DNA of 64,000 nucleotides from Leptogorgia sarmentosa (Eukaryota): NCBI GenBank assembly GCA_964658305.1, contig OZ210884.1, positions 7,130,001 to 7,194,000 of the forward strand, read 5' to 3'. Shown piece by piece: positions 24,701 to 37,725 of this stretch (position 1 is its first letter; each line of letters starts with the position of its first letter). The notes under the pieces were generated by a model. It saw only the letters and a program-made list of their open reading frames with translations, ran no database searches and was not told where the DNA came from. The position numbers and the translations under genes were made by a program.

Positions 24701-27700
24701 ACATATTGTCCCATTTCCTGTGTAGCCTGCATTACAAACACAGTGAAATGAATCTTTCGTATCTATACATGTGGCATTGACATCACAGTTGTGACTGCTC
24801 TCAGTGCATTCATCAATTTCTAGAAAATTTAATTCCGTTCAGTCTACAGATACAGCAACTTGGTGAACGTCATCCATACTTCTATTATAGTTTTTGAACA
24901 CCTAAGTTTGGCGTTTTGTATGTTAAAGGTACGTCTGTATTCTTTCAAGGTCGTACAGTATCTAATCAAGTAATTGTAAGCGTAAAGTAGTTGCATTTCA
25001 AATTTCAGAATGCGAATAATACACGACAAGTCGTGCCAGATTAAATTATACATTTATACGACTGCTTCAGTCTGCTTGATAGTTCTTAAGTAGGGTGACT
25101 TCAATATAATTATATCTTACCACATGTTCCATTGTTGACAAAATCAACCTTGACATTTCCTTGACAGTCTGTACATGTTGAATTATCACCTCCACAAACA
25201 CCACAAAAATCTGTCTTCTTTGTGCTATTCTCGACACCGTCACAACCGAAGTAAATAGGCTCGGCAACTGAAAATCAAAACTGATATTTATACGCATTTG
25301 TTTCACAATTCAACATGACTGCTACGGGACATAAAATCTCATTTTGAACAGTCAAGAATTAAATTGAACGAAATTGTATAACATACATATACTTATTGGC
25401 ATACCAATTTTGGAGTTATTTCTTTTTTCTTCAAGTTCATTGACCAACTCCATAGTTGCCTCACCAACACTTGTCTTTCCAGTCACAGCAATATCGAACA
25501 AACATTCCTTATTTTCTCCACAAATATTTCTTGCTTCTTGCTCGAGAGTGGGACTGGAGAAAATTGAGCTGGTGTCATCCAAAAAAACTGGCGTAAAGTC
25601 GAGATCGCGAAAACTCTCATAACTATCCCCAACTCGATATGTAAACAAAGTCTTGCTCCTGTCAACAACCCCTGAAAAAAGTTAACACGTCCATGCTCAT
25701 CAACTAATAATATTGGAAAAAAGGCTTAATGAAAATGACATGCTTTCCATGACAGAATTTAAAAACGCGAGATTGAAAATTTGGATAATTACAATATCAT
25801 GGCTATATATGGCTAGATAAACCATCTGTCTTGAAAAAATTAACTTGCAAACACGTTTAAAGATCCTTTTTGTAGCTAATTCCAGGTCATCCTGTTTCTG
25901 AATTAATCTGAATTATTTCGCTGAGCCTGTAGTTAACGTAATTGTTATTCTTATATGTGAGTTTAAAGACCTTTAAATACACTATGTAACTTACATTTTT
26001 CGCCAAACTCTTTGTGAAGTGTTTTAAAACTTGAATTTGTGTGAATGAAGCTTCCATTGGGTAATAAAAATTCTTTATCTTTGCTATCGTCCCAAAATCC
26101 AAGAAGACCCGCTGTTTTTCCTAAAATACAGTGCATAGCTAGATTTCCATGGACCTCTAGCTATTTTGTCAATGTGACGGAATATCAAATGTTGCCAATT
26201 TTCCAATCATAATACATATGTTGCTTGGAGGAAAGAGCCAAGTAGAAGATTTGAAACGGAGGAGGAAATTAAGAGGTTTTGCCACTGTTAGTAGATAATT
26301 TGAGCGAGTATATGATTGTAACAAAAAGTTGCAAAAGCGTCAAATAGCCATAAGCCATTATGCAGTGACGTCTTGTTGTACTGCGTGACAAGTACTGAGA
26401 ATGCTTTACGAGAATCGTAATAGAAAACGACTACAAATGTAAAACATTCTTCTATAGTTGTAGTCACGCAGCGCAACAAAATGCCATTATGCATCAAGTC
26501 TATTTTGTCACATACAAACCTTTGAATCGTGTTGGGATTGAAATCTGGTAAGCCAAGAAATCTTCGATTGCTCTGATATCAATAGAAACACCTGAAGTGA
26601 AGTAGACGCCAATTTTTGATTGATTATGCTTCAGTATGAAAACTCCTGCAAAGTCTAATCTTTTTTGTTCATCAAATTCAACTCGATCACCATTGATTAA
26701 AACGTCCATCACCCGGCGGCTGTTAAATTCTACCTGTTAAAATGAAATTTAACATTAATGTAAAAGCATGACGGTTCAGTAAGCAGTATGGTTAAGGAGC
26801 ATGCATGGTAAAGCAATATAGATGAGGAGCATGGTTAAAGCACGGTTGGAGGACCATGGTTAAGCAACATGGTTGAGGAGCATGGTTAAAAAGCATTGTT
26901 AAAGAGCATGGTTAAGCAAAATGGTTGAGGAGCGTAAAAAGCATAGGGAAGGAAGATAATTGGGGAACAAGAGAACGTCAACTTAAGAACTCCTGTCTTA
27001 CCTGTACAGTGTCACTTTCAGTTGCTTTCACCGCTAATGCTGTTAGCGCCGTTGCTTTTGTTCTTCTTCCTTGATCATCTAATATGGGTATCATTCTTCC
27101 TTGAAATTCAAAGTCCACACCATTGTTCAATTGTAAAAGGATATATTCCCCATAACCATTAAAAGTGTAAGATGTTCCATCGAACGTGGAAAAGTGTGGA
27201 TCTCCTCTTGTAACCGCTACAAAATGTTCATTTGATAATCAGATTACAAGCTATAGATTTCTACGAGGTTACAGTTGATGAGAGCGAAGCCGGAACTATT
27301 ACCCTGCAGAAATTGAGAACGAGTAGTCCAATTGTTTTAGTAGAATGAGAGAACAAAGCAATTAAAAAAACGCCTACAGGAAAACGGATTTCTAGGCTGA
27401 AAAATTATTGATATTCTACTCGCTCGGTATCGAGAATTACTGTAGATAGCGAGCGTTAGGGTCAGGGTACTAAGAGTACCGAGCAAATTACAGCATTTGT
27501 CTAGAAATACTAGTGAATATTAATTTCCTAGTGAAATTTCCATGCTCTTTTTTATTCAACGTGAACTTACCAACTGGAGGAGGTACGTATCTTGCGCCGT
27601 CATCGGAAGGTCGTCTTTCATAATATTTGCCACAGTTTTTGGTGAACTTACAACATGCAAACCAAGGTAATACATCGCGTCCCATGTGACCCCAGAAACT

Positions 27701-30700
27701 TTCTTCAGGTGATTCTATATCCATTGAACCACCACCCAGAGGTCCTACCATCAGTGAATCGCCATTATAACAACACTGCTGACCTGCACCCGATTTACTA
27801 AATGAAAACACGATATATATTTCAAACATCAGACGCATTCTTCTTGCTTTTTTTCGTTGACTTTCCAGAAATTATTTGTAATGAGGTTTTTTAAAACGTC
27901 AGGCCAAATTACGTCATAATGTCGTATGCGTGTTTTACCGAACAGATATGACGATTTCATCCGCAACTCTAAACCAATCAAAACTCTCAAATTATCATAC
28001 GATAATAAAACGCTACCTCGCTGTTCTGGATCGAAAACAGGATGTACTTCCAGGATGAAAAAATTTGCTCAGAAGTCGTTTAATTCCAGAATCGGCTACG
28101 AACTGGTCATCCGCTGATATCTGTCGAGAACTTCTAGGGCAGGGAAGCAATTCCTCTGTAGTTGACATAATGAAAATTATTAGTTATATTACCATTACAC
28201 ATAGAAATGATTTACAAGCGTAATTGGGGCTATTGAGTGTTCGATAAAAGCATTTTTATTTATTTTCGCACAGGAATTAAAAATCAGGTGTTTTAAAAGG
28301 AAAACACGATCTTTTTTTTGTCTAGAATTACCTTTCAACCTAGCAATTTCATCAAGACGTTCAGAACTATACCATAAATTACAGAGGTTTATGTCCAACA
28401 ACCAAGGCACAAGAAACACCGCACTGTAAATGGCCACTTTAGGAACGACGCCAAATCTTTTTACTCTCCGCAACGATGGTGTTATGCTAACAATTGCAAT
28501 CTGTGATGGTGAAGCAATACTTCTCTTTCGTCGTCTATTTCTAATTACGATTGAAATATATGTTTAATAAATATTATTCCTTGAACTATTTTTAGATTGT
28601 TATTTGAATAAGATTTGAAATAATGGACATTTAGAAAGTAATATAATCAAAGGCACACGCGTGGTATTGAGATAATTGAAATCCAGTGAAATCCAGGCTA
28701 TCCAGCTCAGGTGTTGTAAATTCAGTTTTTTTCAAAATTTGAATTTGAGGCATGGATTATTTTTATTACTTACCGCGACAATACATTTTTCTTGCTGTAA
28801 TCAAGATTGTAACTCCCTGTGTTAGGGATACGTTTAAAGCTCGATAAACTAGCTTGATGAAGAAGGAAGTCGTAACTATCAAACTGAGATATATCAATGT
28901 CAACGTGCGACGCGTTAATTGCATTGGGATTCCAGGATAAAATTGTGTTAGTTGAGTTCGCCCAATGTTCCACTTCTAAACCTTGTACATCTGGAGGATT
29001 TCTATCCACTGGAACTAAAACAGAGAATTTAACATAACTTGTTCTCATTAACTGTACAAATACGAACCTGTTGTTTTCATAAATTCTCAGTTTGAAAGGC
29101 AAATACAATAGCGCACATATTTCGCTCAATTGAACGTTGCTACTTGAAATGTTATCCTCCGAGCCGTTGTGGCCTGGCTTGTAGTGAGATCTATACTTAA
29201 ACAAAATTTCAAAGCAAACTGGCAACTAGCTATAGTTAGTGACCTACTTTTTCCGACTTGTTTTTGAAGTAGAAATATCTTCTAACCCCACCTATCCCCA
29301 CCCTTGCAAAAACAGACAACTTCGCACTTTCATGCGATTCAGCGGGAAAACTCTCACCAAAATTAATTGATGTTCACATGTTAATAAAATCGCATACAGT
29401 TTCAACTCACTTGATCTAAAAGTGCCAGTGTAGTTAAATGTTTTGCCACCATCCAATGAGAGCTCAACCTGGATAAGTCCAACAACCGCATACAAAGGGG
29501 GAGTGACGCAATATGCTAGCTCTGGACTGATGTAAACTGCAGTTGTCTCAAGAGTCTTGTTAAACCGACATACAGTTCCGTTATTAGGAGTATAACAAGG
29601 TCCACCAATGAACACTTTTGTTCCTCCCAATTCAATTCCTGACCTTGGAGATAGCACAAGATCTACACATAAAATTTCAAAAAAAAATTAGCGACAGGTT
29701 AGTTCATTTTATTTATTTATTTTATTATTTGAAATTTTAGTTGACGGGGAAATCGACGAAAATCGAACCCTTAGAAACATGATTTTAAGAGTTAGAGACA
29801 TTTCAAGTCTCGATGAATTTGTTATAAATTACCCAGATAGTGAGAAAAATTGTGTACAAGTTGCTTAATTTGGACAAAAAGTAACTCGATTGCAAACAAG
29901 TAATATATGGAAGATATTTGAAATGAATTATTCATTGAGTTTTATGGCCGATCGTTGCAATGAAATGAACAAAAAGTTCTATGTATGTAATTTCAAAAGA
30001 ACCCATCAAAAGAAGTGCCATGCATGTGAAGTATATTGATATCATACCACCACCCTTTGATTTACAGCCATGATCTTTAACAGTCTCTCCATCGACCTGA
30101 AAAATCCAGAATCCAGAAGTTTGGTAGTTTGATGTTGAAGTGATTTTGATGATTGCTGGAGTGCGAGAGTTTGGAATATTGAAATATCGAATTCCATCTC
30201 CTGCGTTGAAGCCAGCCTGAAATTTTAACAGATAACTGCCTTTCAGTTAAAATAGTGACAATATGAATATTATGTAAACAGTTTGATTTTTTACGGTAGT
30301 AAGATTACAAATGTTTTTCAAAGCTCAACTGATCTGTCCTGTTGATGAGTACAAATTTAACGGCGCAATTATACATTTTCATCACCGACATTATTATAGC
30401 TTATTTTTAGGATTTAGATCTTTTTTTAGATCTTATTTTAGCATTATATTTACCTGTGCTGAGATGCTTTGGCTTACTGTTCCAAACGTCCATTCGATTT
30501 TATTGTAATAAAATATTGAAAATGAATTGATGCCATCAGTTGCCAATATGGTCTGAAATGTATTCTACAGGGGAAAATGTTAATTATTTTCTTTATTGAA
30601 TTTGCTTGAATACTTGCATGTTCTTTTTATGGCAAGGCTTTTAACGGACAGAGAATAGGATAGTGGAAGTGGAACGTGTTGTCCGCATGGCAGAAAGTGT

Positions 30701-33350
30701 CCAGGAAGATAGTTCTATTTGGAAAGCGTCCAATGAGACACACTCTTCAAGCCGATAGCGTGCAAGTCTTTCAAAGGTGAGAGAATAGAATATTGAAACA
30801 TGTTGTCCTTATGGCAGAGAGTGTCCAGGAAGACAGCTAGTTCTATTTGGAAAAAGTCCAATGACACCCCCCCCCCCCCCCCTGAAGCGGATAGGGTGCA
30901 AGGCTTTTAAAGGTCAGAGAATAGGACAGTGAAACATGTAGTCCGCATGGCAGAAAATATCCAGGAAGACAGTTCTGCTTGGAAACCGTCCAATGAGATA
31001 CACTTCTCAAGCAAAAAAGGGTCCGGGGGGAGGGGGGGTGCCTTTAGGGACAGCACACGCTGTGACACCGGCATGCAATTAATAATACGAGGTTGTCAAT
31101 CTTACACTTGGAGTTGATCCTCCACCGTAACGAGCAACATCCAACCACGTCACAATCATGACCCATTTTGCTAAAAACCTTCGTTGACGAACGAAATATT
31201 TTCTTATTTCTTCAGAGGCTCGTGTTCGAATTGCGAGATCTTGAGTTTCTCTGTAATATACAACGCCACCTCTTGTGGTATCGACATCTGCCCAGAATGG
31301 TGCGATGAGACGACGGTCATCTCCGAGTGGAAAGGGATCTGGTGTGTACTGTGAAACCTCGCGGAGAAACGAGATCACACCATTCGTGTTTACCTGGAAA
31401 TGAAAGAAATGGCATAAGTAGCGTGCGTGTGTGTACTTGTACTTGGTTAATATTAAGTGTCACGTTTCGTTCTTTTTGTTTAAAACGATTCGAATGAGAA
31501 AGATTGCGTGAATGACTACACCCCACTCGATACAGCAAGAATATCTCTATTGCTGCAGTTAGAAATGGTACAATACCTTTGTATTTATTTATATTCGACA
31601 AAAATACAGGATAAATTGAAACAGTTGATACGTCTTAGCGATTTAGCATCGCCTTTCGGTTTAATGACTTATTTTTCGGCCCGAACTGGTATATCGTGAC
31701 TGTTTGAGAGAAGGTTGAATGCACGTATTTTTGTAAAATTCATGTGGAAAAAATAATATTATCACGATATATTTCTTCACGCTAATTGGCTAATTGGAAC
31801 AGGATTTGAAACTCACTAGTTTTTCAATCAAATGAATTTATTAACTTGAAGTATAAACAGCTGTACTATGTTCTCTAATACTTCCATTGCAAGAACAGTA
31901 TATCAAAACACTCCCATTGCTGAAAAATAAAGTTTGTAAACAGCGCAAAAACTGTGTCAATCATGCATTTGCCGAGAACGATTGCACGCATCTAACTTTA
32001 TAATTGCATGCATCCCACCGATTCCGATTTCATTACAAGTTATTTTAACTTCTAATTAGTAACTATGGCTGAAAGTCAAGTAGATTGTTGGTTTGTTGGG
32101 CGACAATTGTTGCGTTACAGCAAACTTGTAGCAAACCGATAAACACATGATTTCCGTTTTGTCACATTAATTTTGTTAAGAAGTAGCTACTTGAGTTTTT
32201 GAAAATACTGATAACAATACTGAGTCATAAGATGCACATTATTGAATGTGATATATCGCTGGAATGCTATTGTTATGATAAAACTGTTGAGAATGGAAGT
32301 AATTAAATATTGCATGACAAGAGAAATTTAGCTCCTAATATGGTACATAGGAAAATTAAACACTTAATGACAGGACGCAAACACTTTATTTGCTAAAAGC
32401 ATATCAATAGTTTATAGCTAACTTCGGTACGTACCATGCGTATATACATGATATCAATAGTATAATTAACTTTAGTACGTACTATATACATGCATACATA
32501 CATGCTCAGTAGAGGTAATTAAGATTCAGTGAGTTTTGTGTAAGAAATTCGAAGAAATTTGTAGTTTTCCCATAGATTGATTATATACCTTATATACATT
32601 TCGACCATATATACCTTTATACCTTACATACCTCTGTATACCTTATATACAATGATTATATAACTTTCCAGAAATATTTAAATATATTTAAAGACTGCCT
32701 ATTAGCGCTTGGCACGCCTGGTATAAGTTTGGGGATTCATAGCATGCGGTTAGGTTTTTTTTTAAATATCAAAGTGTCCCTTAATTGAGCAGGTTTACTA
32801 GAGCAGGATGCTCATCTTGCATGCCGGGCACAATTCTGTTCAAAATCAGTTGATGCAACTCGATCAGGAATTGGTGGTAGGCTAGATGTAAGTTCAATCA
32901 CAAACTATATAGCTAATGAAATACTTTCTTTCAGTGATTTTTGAATGCTATAAAATTGATTTCCGGCCGTCTTGTCATTAATCTGATGGTATGAAATGAT
33001 GCCGTATGTTAGGAATAGTTGATCATTATTACACACAGACAGGTAGTAGTGATTGGTTGCTGGTTACAATTGTTCTTATACTTGATCTAACCAACTGCAA
33101 ATAACGTATTGGAGTATAATGCAATAACTCAGCTCATACTGCAGATACTTACAAACAAAGAGTCGTGCTCATTATCAAAGAAAGGAAATGAAAATCCAAT
33201 ATTCACGCGGCCAGAACTACCATCATCAATGGTGGGCACCGTAGTGTCTCCGTTCTCAGGTCCATACGGATAGAAATCTTCAAGTTGTATACGCATATAA
33301 ACAACTTGGAGAACATTGAGGAAAACTGAAGCTGTAACATACCACTTCAT
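18772..33350 (-). CDS. SUSD2/Mesh/MUC4-like type I membrane protein, paralog 2 (as paralog 1 plus 18 cbEGF, one TSP1-like, TM), ~34 exons
   Basis: The same 14 N-terminal exons as paralog 1 (33350 down to ~25121), 18 phase-1 cbEGF exons (~24819-19865), a TSP1-like/Asp-rich exon (~19768-19587) and a TM/tail exon (18971-18772) ending ...QALEGAAGV*. Confidence 0.9.
19865..24819 (-). repeat. Tandem array of 18 calcium-binding EGF exons with a 4-exon (~1.06 kb) higher-order period
   Basis: ~123-bp exons alternate between [22 protein letters not shown] and DINECxDxxNNCHxxATCxNxDGSYSC-type. Introns are also repeated; equivalent exons lie at ~21325, 22386 and 23435. Confidence 0.92.
26780..26935. repeat. 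Degenerate minisatellite (GAGCATGGTTAA/GGTTGAGGAG units), intronic
   Basis: About ten short imperfect direct repeats. Confidence 0.75.
30631..31011. repeat. Three imperfect ~130-bp tandem repeats, intronic
   Basis: GCAAGGCTTTTAA...GAGAATAG...ATGGCAGA...TCCAGGAAGA...TCCAATGA recurs three times. Confidence 0.8.
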
Positions 33351-34719
33351 TATTGTTGTAGTTTCAATCTTTTCGAGGAAGTTATTAGCATTATATATAA
33401 ATGTATGACGTATGAGAATTCACTTGAATTTGAATGCAATGGTTTGCCAGCGATGTTGGCCATTGGATTCAGCAGGAATTCTGAAGGGTCCGTGTACACT
33501 TTCACTCTACAAAATATACTAACAAGTTGGCATGTATGAATAGCTACAAAAAAGAGTTTTTAATTTACTTTTGTCATAAAGAGCAATGTTATTCATATGT
33601 TTGTGCGTAAATGAATTAAGCGCAGTCAGATGGGGGAAATAGTATATATACGAATGACTAGTGACCGAAAAACGTTATAAGCCGTAAGGTTAAATAAAGG
33701 CTTTTTTAACATATAAACCGGGGGCTAAACCCCCACCCCCCTTGGTCCCCCATTGAAGGAATTTGGGCCGCTCTAGTAAAATTTGTCAGAAAATGAGCGA
33801 AAATCATGCTGTAATTGCACGAAATCAAGTGTAGGGAGCCCAAAAATCAAAACATTTTCTGGGGGAGGGCCCACAACCCTCCATTATGTGTATATTTCTT
33901 TATTGGTTCATAATTATTTTACCTTTCCTTTTCGCCCTTCCCATTTTATGATGTTTCCATCTTTCACTAAAGTCCTTTTTCGCCCCCCCCCCTCCCCCAC
34001 TGGAAAAACCTAAAAAAGGCCCTGCGATAAATGAATCACAGAAGGTGTCTATGATTTAGAGGGTTGAGAAATTTTGAACGATTCATTCAAAATCATTCAG
34101 GTTTCGAAAACCCTGAACCGTTATAAACATGGAAACCAGGGAAATCATAATGCACTATAATTTTTTTGTCAAGTTTCATGCATTTAAGTATATTAAAACA
34201 GTTTACATCTGGAATATCATTATTTGCATCGTTCAAGCAGCTTTTATAGGTCGTAGCTATTTCTGTATTTTGAAGAAAAATAAACATAGGCGAATTTTAA
34301 AAATCATAAATTCATTAAAAAAATTCGACCACAAACGACAAATTCAGAGATTTTTAAATTCAATTTTATGCATTTATCTTTCAAACATTTACTTTCCCAC
34401 CTAAACTACCATTTGTGTTGAAGTTTTGCTACCTTTTTATTTTTGATTAAAAAACAAGATAATTCTGAAAAAAATGTTAAAAAACGGTAGTTTGGCATAT
34501 CTCGATTTAGTTTGGGCGCGTTCAAATATGAACTTTTTATATTAAACATGATGTGTTTTTCACTGGTTTCAACAAACATGCAGAAATCGATATCGACGCG
34601 TCAAGCAGAAATCTTAGTTAAATTAAACTCGTGACATCATAATCAGTCATTTCAAAAATGATTCGAAAATAATGTTTTGGTATTTATTGTTGAATTTCCA
34701 AGTGTTTCTTCTGATTGAT

Positions 34720-37260
34720 GGTTGAAGAAGAACGTTCCACTTTATATATTTTAAGATGGACATTCATTCAGTTTGAATGAATGTGAAATGTGAACATTCT
34801 TTGTACTCGGTACACTGGGTGTGCAACTGTTATTGGAAATTTCGTCCGATATCGATTTCATATTATCTTGTGTTTATACGTTTTAACATGGACGTTCATT
34901 ATAGTTTTGGTTCATTTATGCCGAACTTTCAATTAGCGACTATTTCCTGTAGAATTTGATGTCTAAAGGCGAAGATTCCTGGTGTTTTAAATTTAAAAAA
35001 AAATTATACGTATACGGAAATGTTCATCTGTATTAGTGTTTATGGTAGACCAACTTTCTTTCGAATTTATGGTGAGCTGATGTTTATAATTAAGTTTGAC
35101 TTCTTGCTTTCTCGTGCGTTGATGAAATTAATTTTCATTGTGTTTCCTGTCTCTCTGGATGAGCACTTTCTTCAGTTGCTTCTGTGCGTTGATTGTTTCC
35201 CACTGCATTTAATTGGACTTTACAGATCAACGTCACTCCTTTGTCTAGTGCGACAGTATTCAAATAGTAACATAACGTTCTGTTGTTCTCTTGTGTGATG
35301 ATAGTTGAAAATTTATGTGATATCTGTTTCTAGATGTCTTAATCAATGTTCAAAGATGGACTTTCCTCCTCTTTTCGCGACTTTACTGCATTTTATAAGG
35401 ATGCATATGGTCTTCCTTGCTGTTTGTTAGAGCACAATTCTTAAAATGTCCCATGTTTCTTTTTAAAGACGAACTTTATCTCACGTTTCCATGTCTTTTG
35501 CTGTTTTAAAGATGAACATTCTTGGTGTTTCGAAAAAGTGTTGCATGACATTTTCATGTTTCCAGAAGTATTCGCGAGAATAGAGATGAACGTTCCACCC
35601 ATGTATCGCGTATGAATGTTTTAAGGTAAACGTTCCCCAATGTTTCCAGGTATCCTGATCTGAGACCAATATTTTTTTGCTTCCTGGAACGTTTATATAG
35701 GTTTTAGATAAATTAATTCGGTTGTGTCTTTCGGTTCGTTCAAAGTGTACATTTCCTCCTCCGTCTTCTTTTGCTTTTGGCAGCTATACCTTGACAATAA
35801 AAAGTGAGCTTTACTTCCGTTTCTGAGTGCACTGATTTGAAGACTGTTTCCTGGTGCGTTGATATAATATAAAGATGAACATTCCTGATGTTTTCTGTAG
35901 AAAATAAATTTTAATCCAACTTTTCAACCGGAACATTCCTTCTACTCTCTAGAGCATTCAACATTGATATCTGTTCATTGTATGCATGTTGATCTTTGAA
36001 GTTATATACGCTCTTTATTTTATGGTTGATTGACGTAGGAGCTGTTCCTGTTTTTTGGCGTGTTGACAAACCTTCCTGCATGGCACATTAAAAGGTGATA
36101 TTTTCCTCGCTACTTTCTAGAGCATTGATATCTGACTTTCATAAACGTTTCTCCATTTTCATACGTGTTCACGTTTGTAGAGATCGTTGTGTTTATTTTT
36201 CCGTTTCATGTTTGATAATCCTTCCTCCGATATTCGATTCTAGAGCATTGGTGTTTACGTATTAACGTTTCTACTTTTATAAGTTGTTCTAATGTTTGAG
36301 AAGGTGCACTTTTCTCATGTTTGTTTAAAGATGAATGTTCCTCTTGTTTCTCGCTGTATCAATATTTAATATCTGCTTTGTGTTTCTCTGAATAACCGGT
36401 TCCTTACGGTTCACGTAATTTCCCCACGTTTTCTGATGTGCTGATATCCAAAAATGAGCATCCCTCCTGTTTTCTGGCAGGCCAATGTTTAGAAAGTTGA
36501 ACATTTCCTTTCTTTTGTGTGTGTTCATATTTAAGGATAAATTTTCCTCTGTTCAAAATAAATTCCGTCGTGTTTTCTATTTCGTTGATATTGAAAGGGA
36601 AACCTCCGGCCCGCTGTCTTGGTGCTTTAATTGAAGTTTAAAAATGAGCTTTTTCTCGGTCCTGTTAGTGACAGGTGGACGTTAATTTTGATCTCAGGAA
36701 CACTGACGTTTAAATATGATTCCTGCATGATTCCTGACGTTTTGATTCCTGACGCGTTGATGCTTAACGAGAACGTTCCTTCCATTTTCATGGCGCTGAT
36801 ATGACCATGCATTCATGCATACATATATTCATGAACATTCCTCTCTACACTGATATATCCGAATTTTTGTCGCCGGCCGATGTTCAAAAATAAAGTTTTT
36901 ATAATTGTTTTCACATCAGTTGATGTAAGATTTTCCTTCAGTTTTCTGTTGTGTTGACTCCTAGAGATGAACGTCTCTAGTAATTTCAAAGAGATAAAAT
37001 GTCATTTTATAGAGATCAAATTTTTCTGCCGTTTTCTGTATGCACGTTTAAGTGAATTTACTTTTGTCTGCCAGTGCGTTGACCGATGTATGAAATAAAC
37101 GTCGTGTTTCCTGTTGCTGATGGGGAATTTTAAATGTTTTTCTTTGTTTAAAGATGAATTTTCTTCCTGTTTGCTGGAACGTTGATGTTAAATATCAATT
37201 TTTCTCCCATTACAAAACTCGTCAGTATTTTATAGAAGAGCGTTCTTCCATGCTGCGAAA
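34720..37260 (+). repeat. Old degenerate tandem array, core ~TTTAAAGATGAACATTCCTCCTGTTTTCT
   Basis: More than 20 same-strand imperfect copies with variable spacing. No ORF support. Confidence 0.7.
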
Positions 37261-37725
37261 ACGTACCTCCAATGCAGGTGTAAATGAAGATAATACAGTC
37301 GTGAATGATTTCCACAGGAAAGATGCCATCTACTGCGCAACTTTGCAGTCTCACGTATGTATTTCAACAAATATCCAGGACCTATTACAATATTTTCAAC
37401 ACAATAACGTTTCATAGCTAACCAAACTTAAACACTTTAGCTCCACACATAAAATAATCTGGTCAAACATGTAATCTTCAACTTAACGTTCTAGATTATT
37501 TTATCAAAGATTACTATTTTCTTAATGGTCTAAAAACTAACAGTGCAATCAGTGTAATTATAGTAGTTACAATACAATGTTAAATAGCAAGGAAACTAGC
37601 GTCTGTAATTTATAAACTCAACACTGAGATCAACAAGGAACTAGGATATTAATCAGCTATAAGTAATCGCTTACAAAGCTAATGTCCCTGACAAAGTTCA
37701 TATTTTTGAATCCAGTTATATGGTG

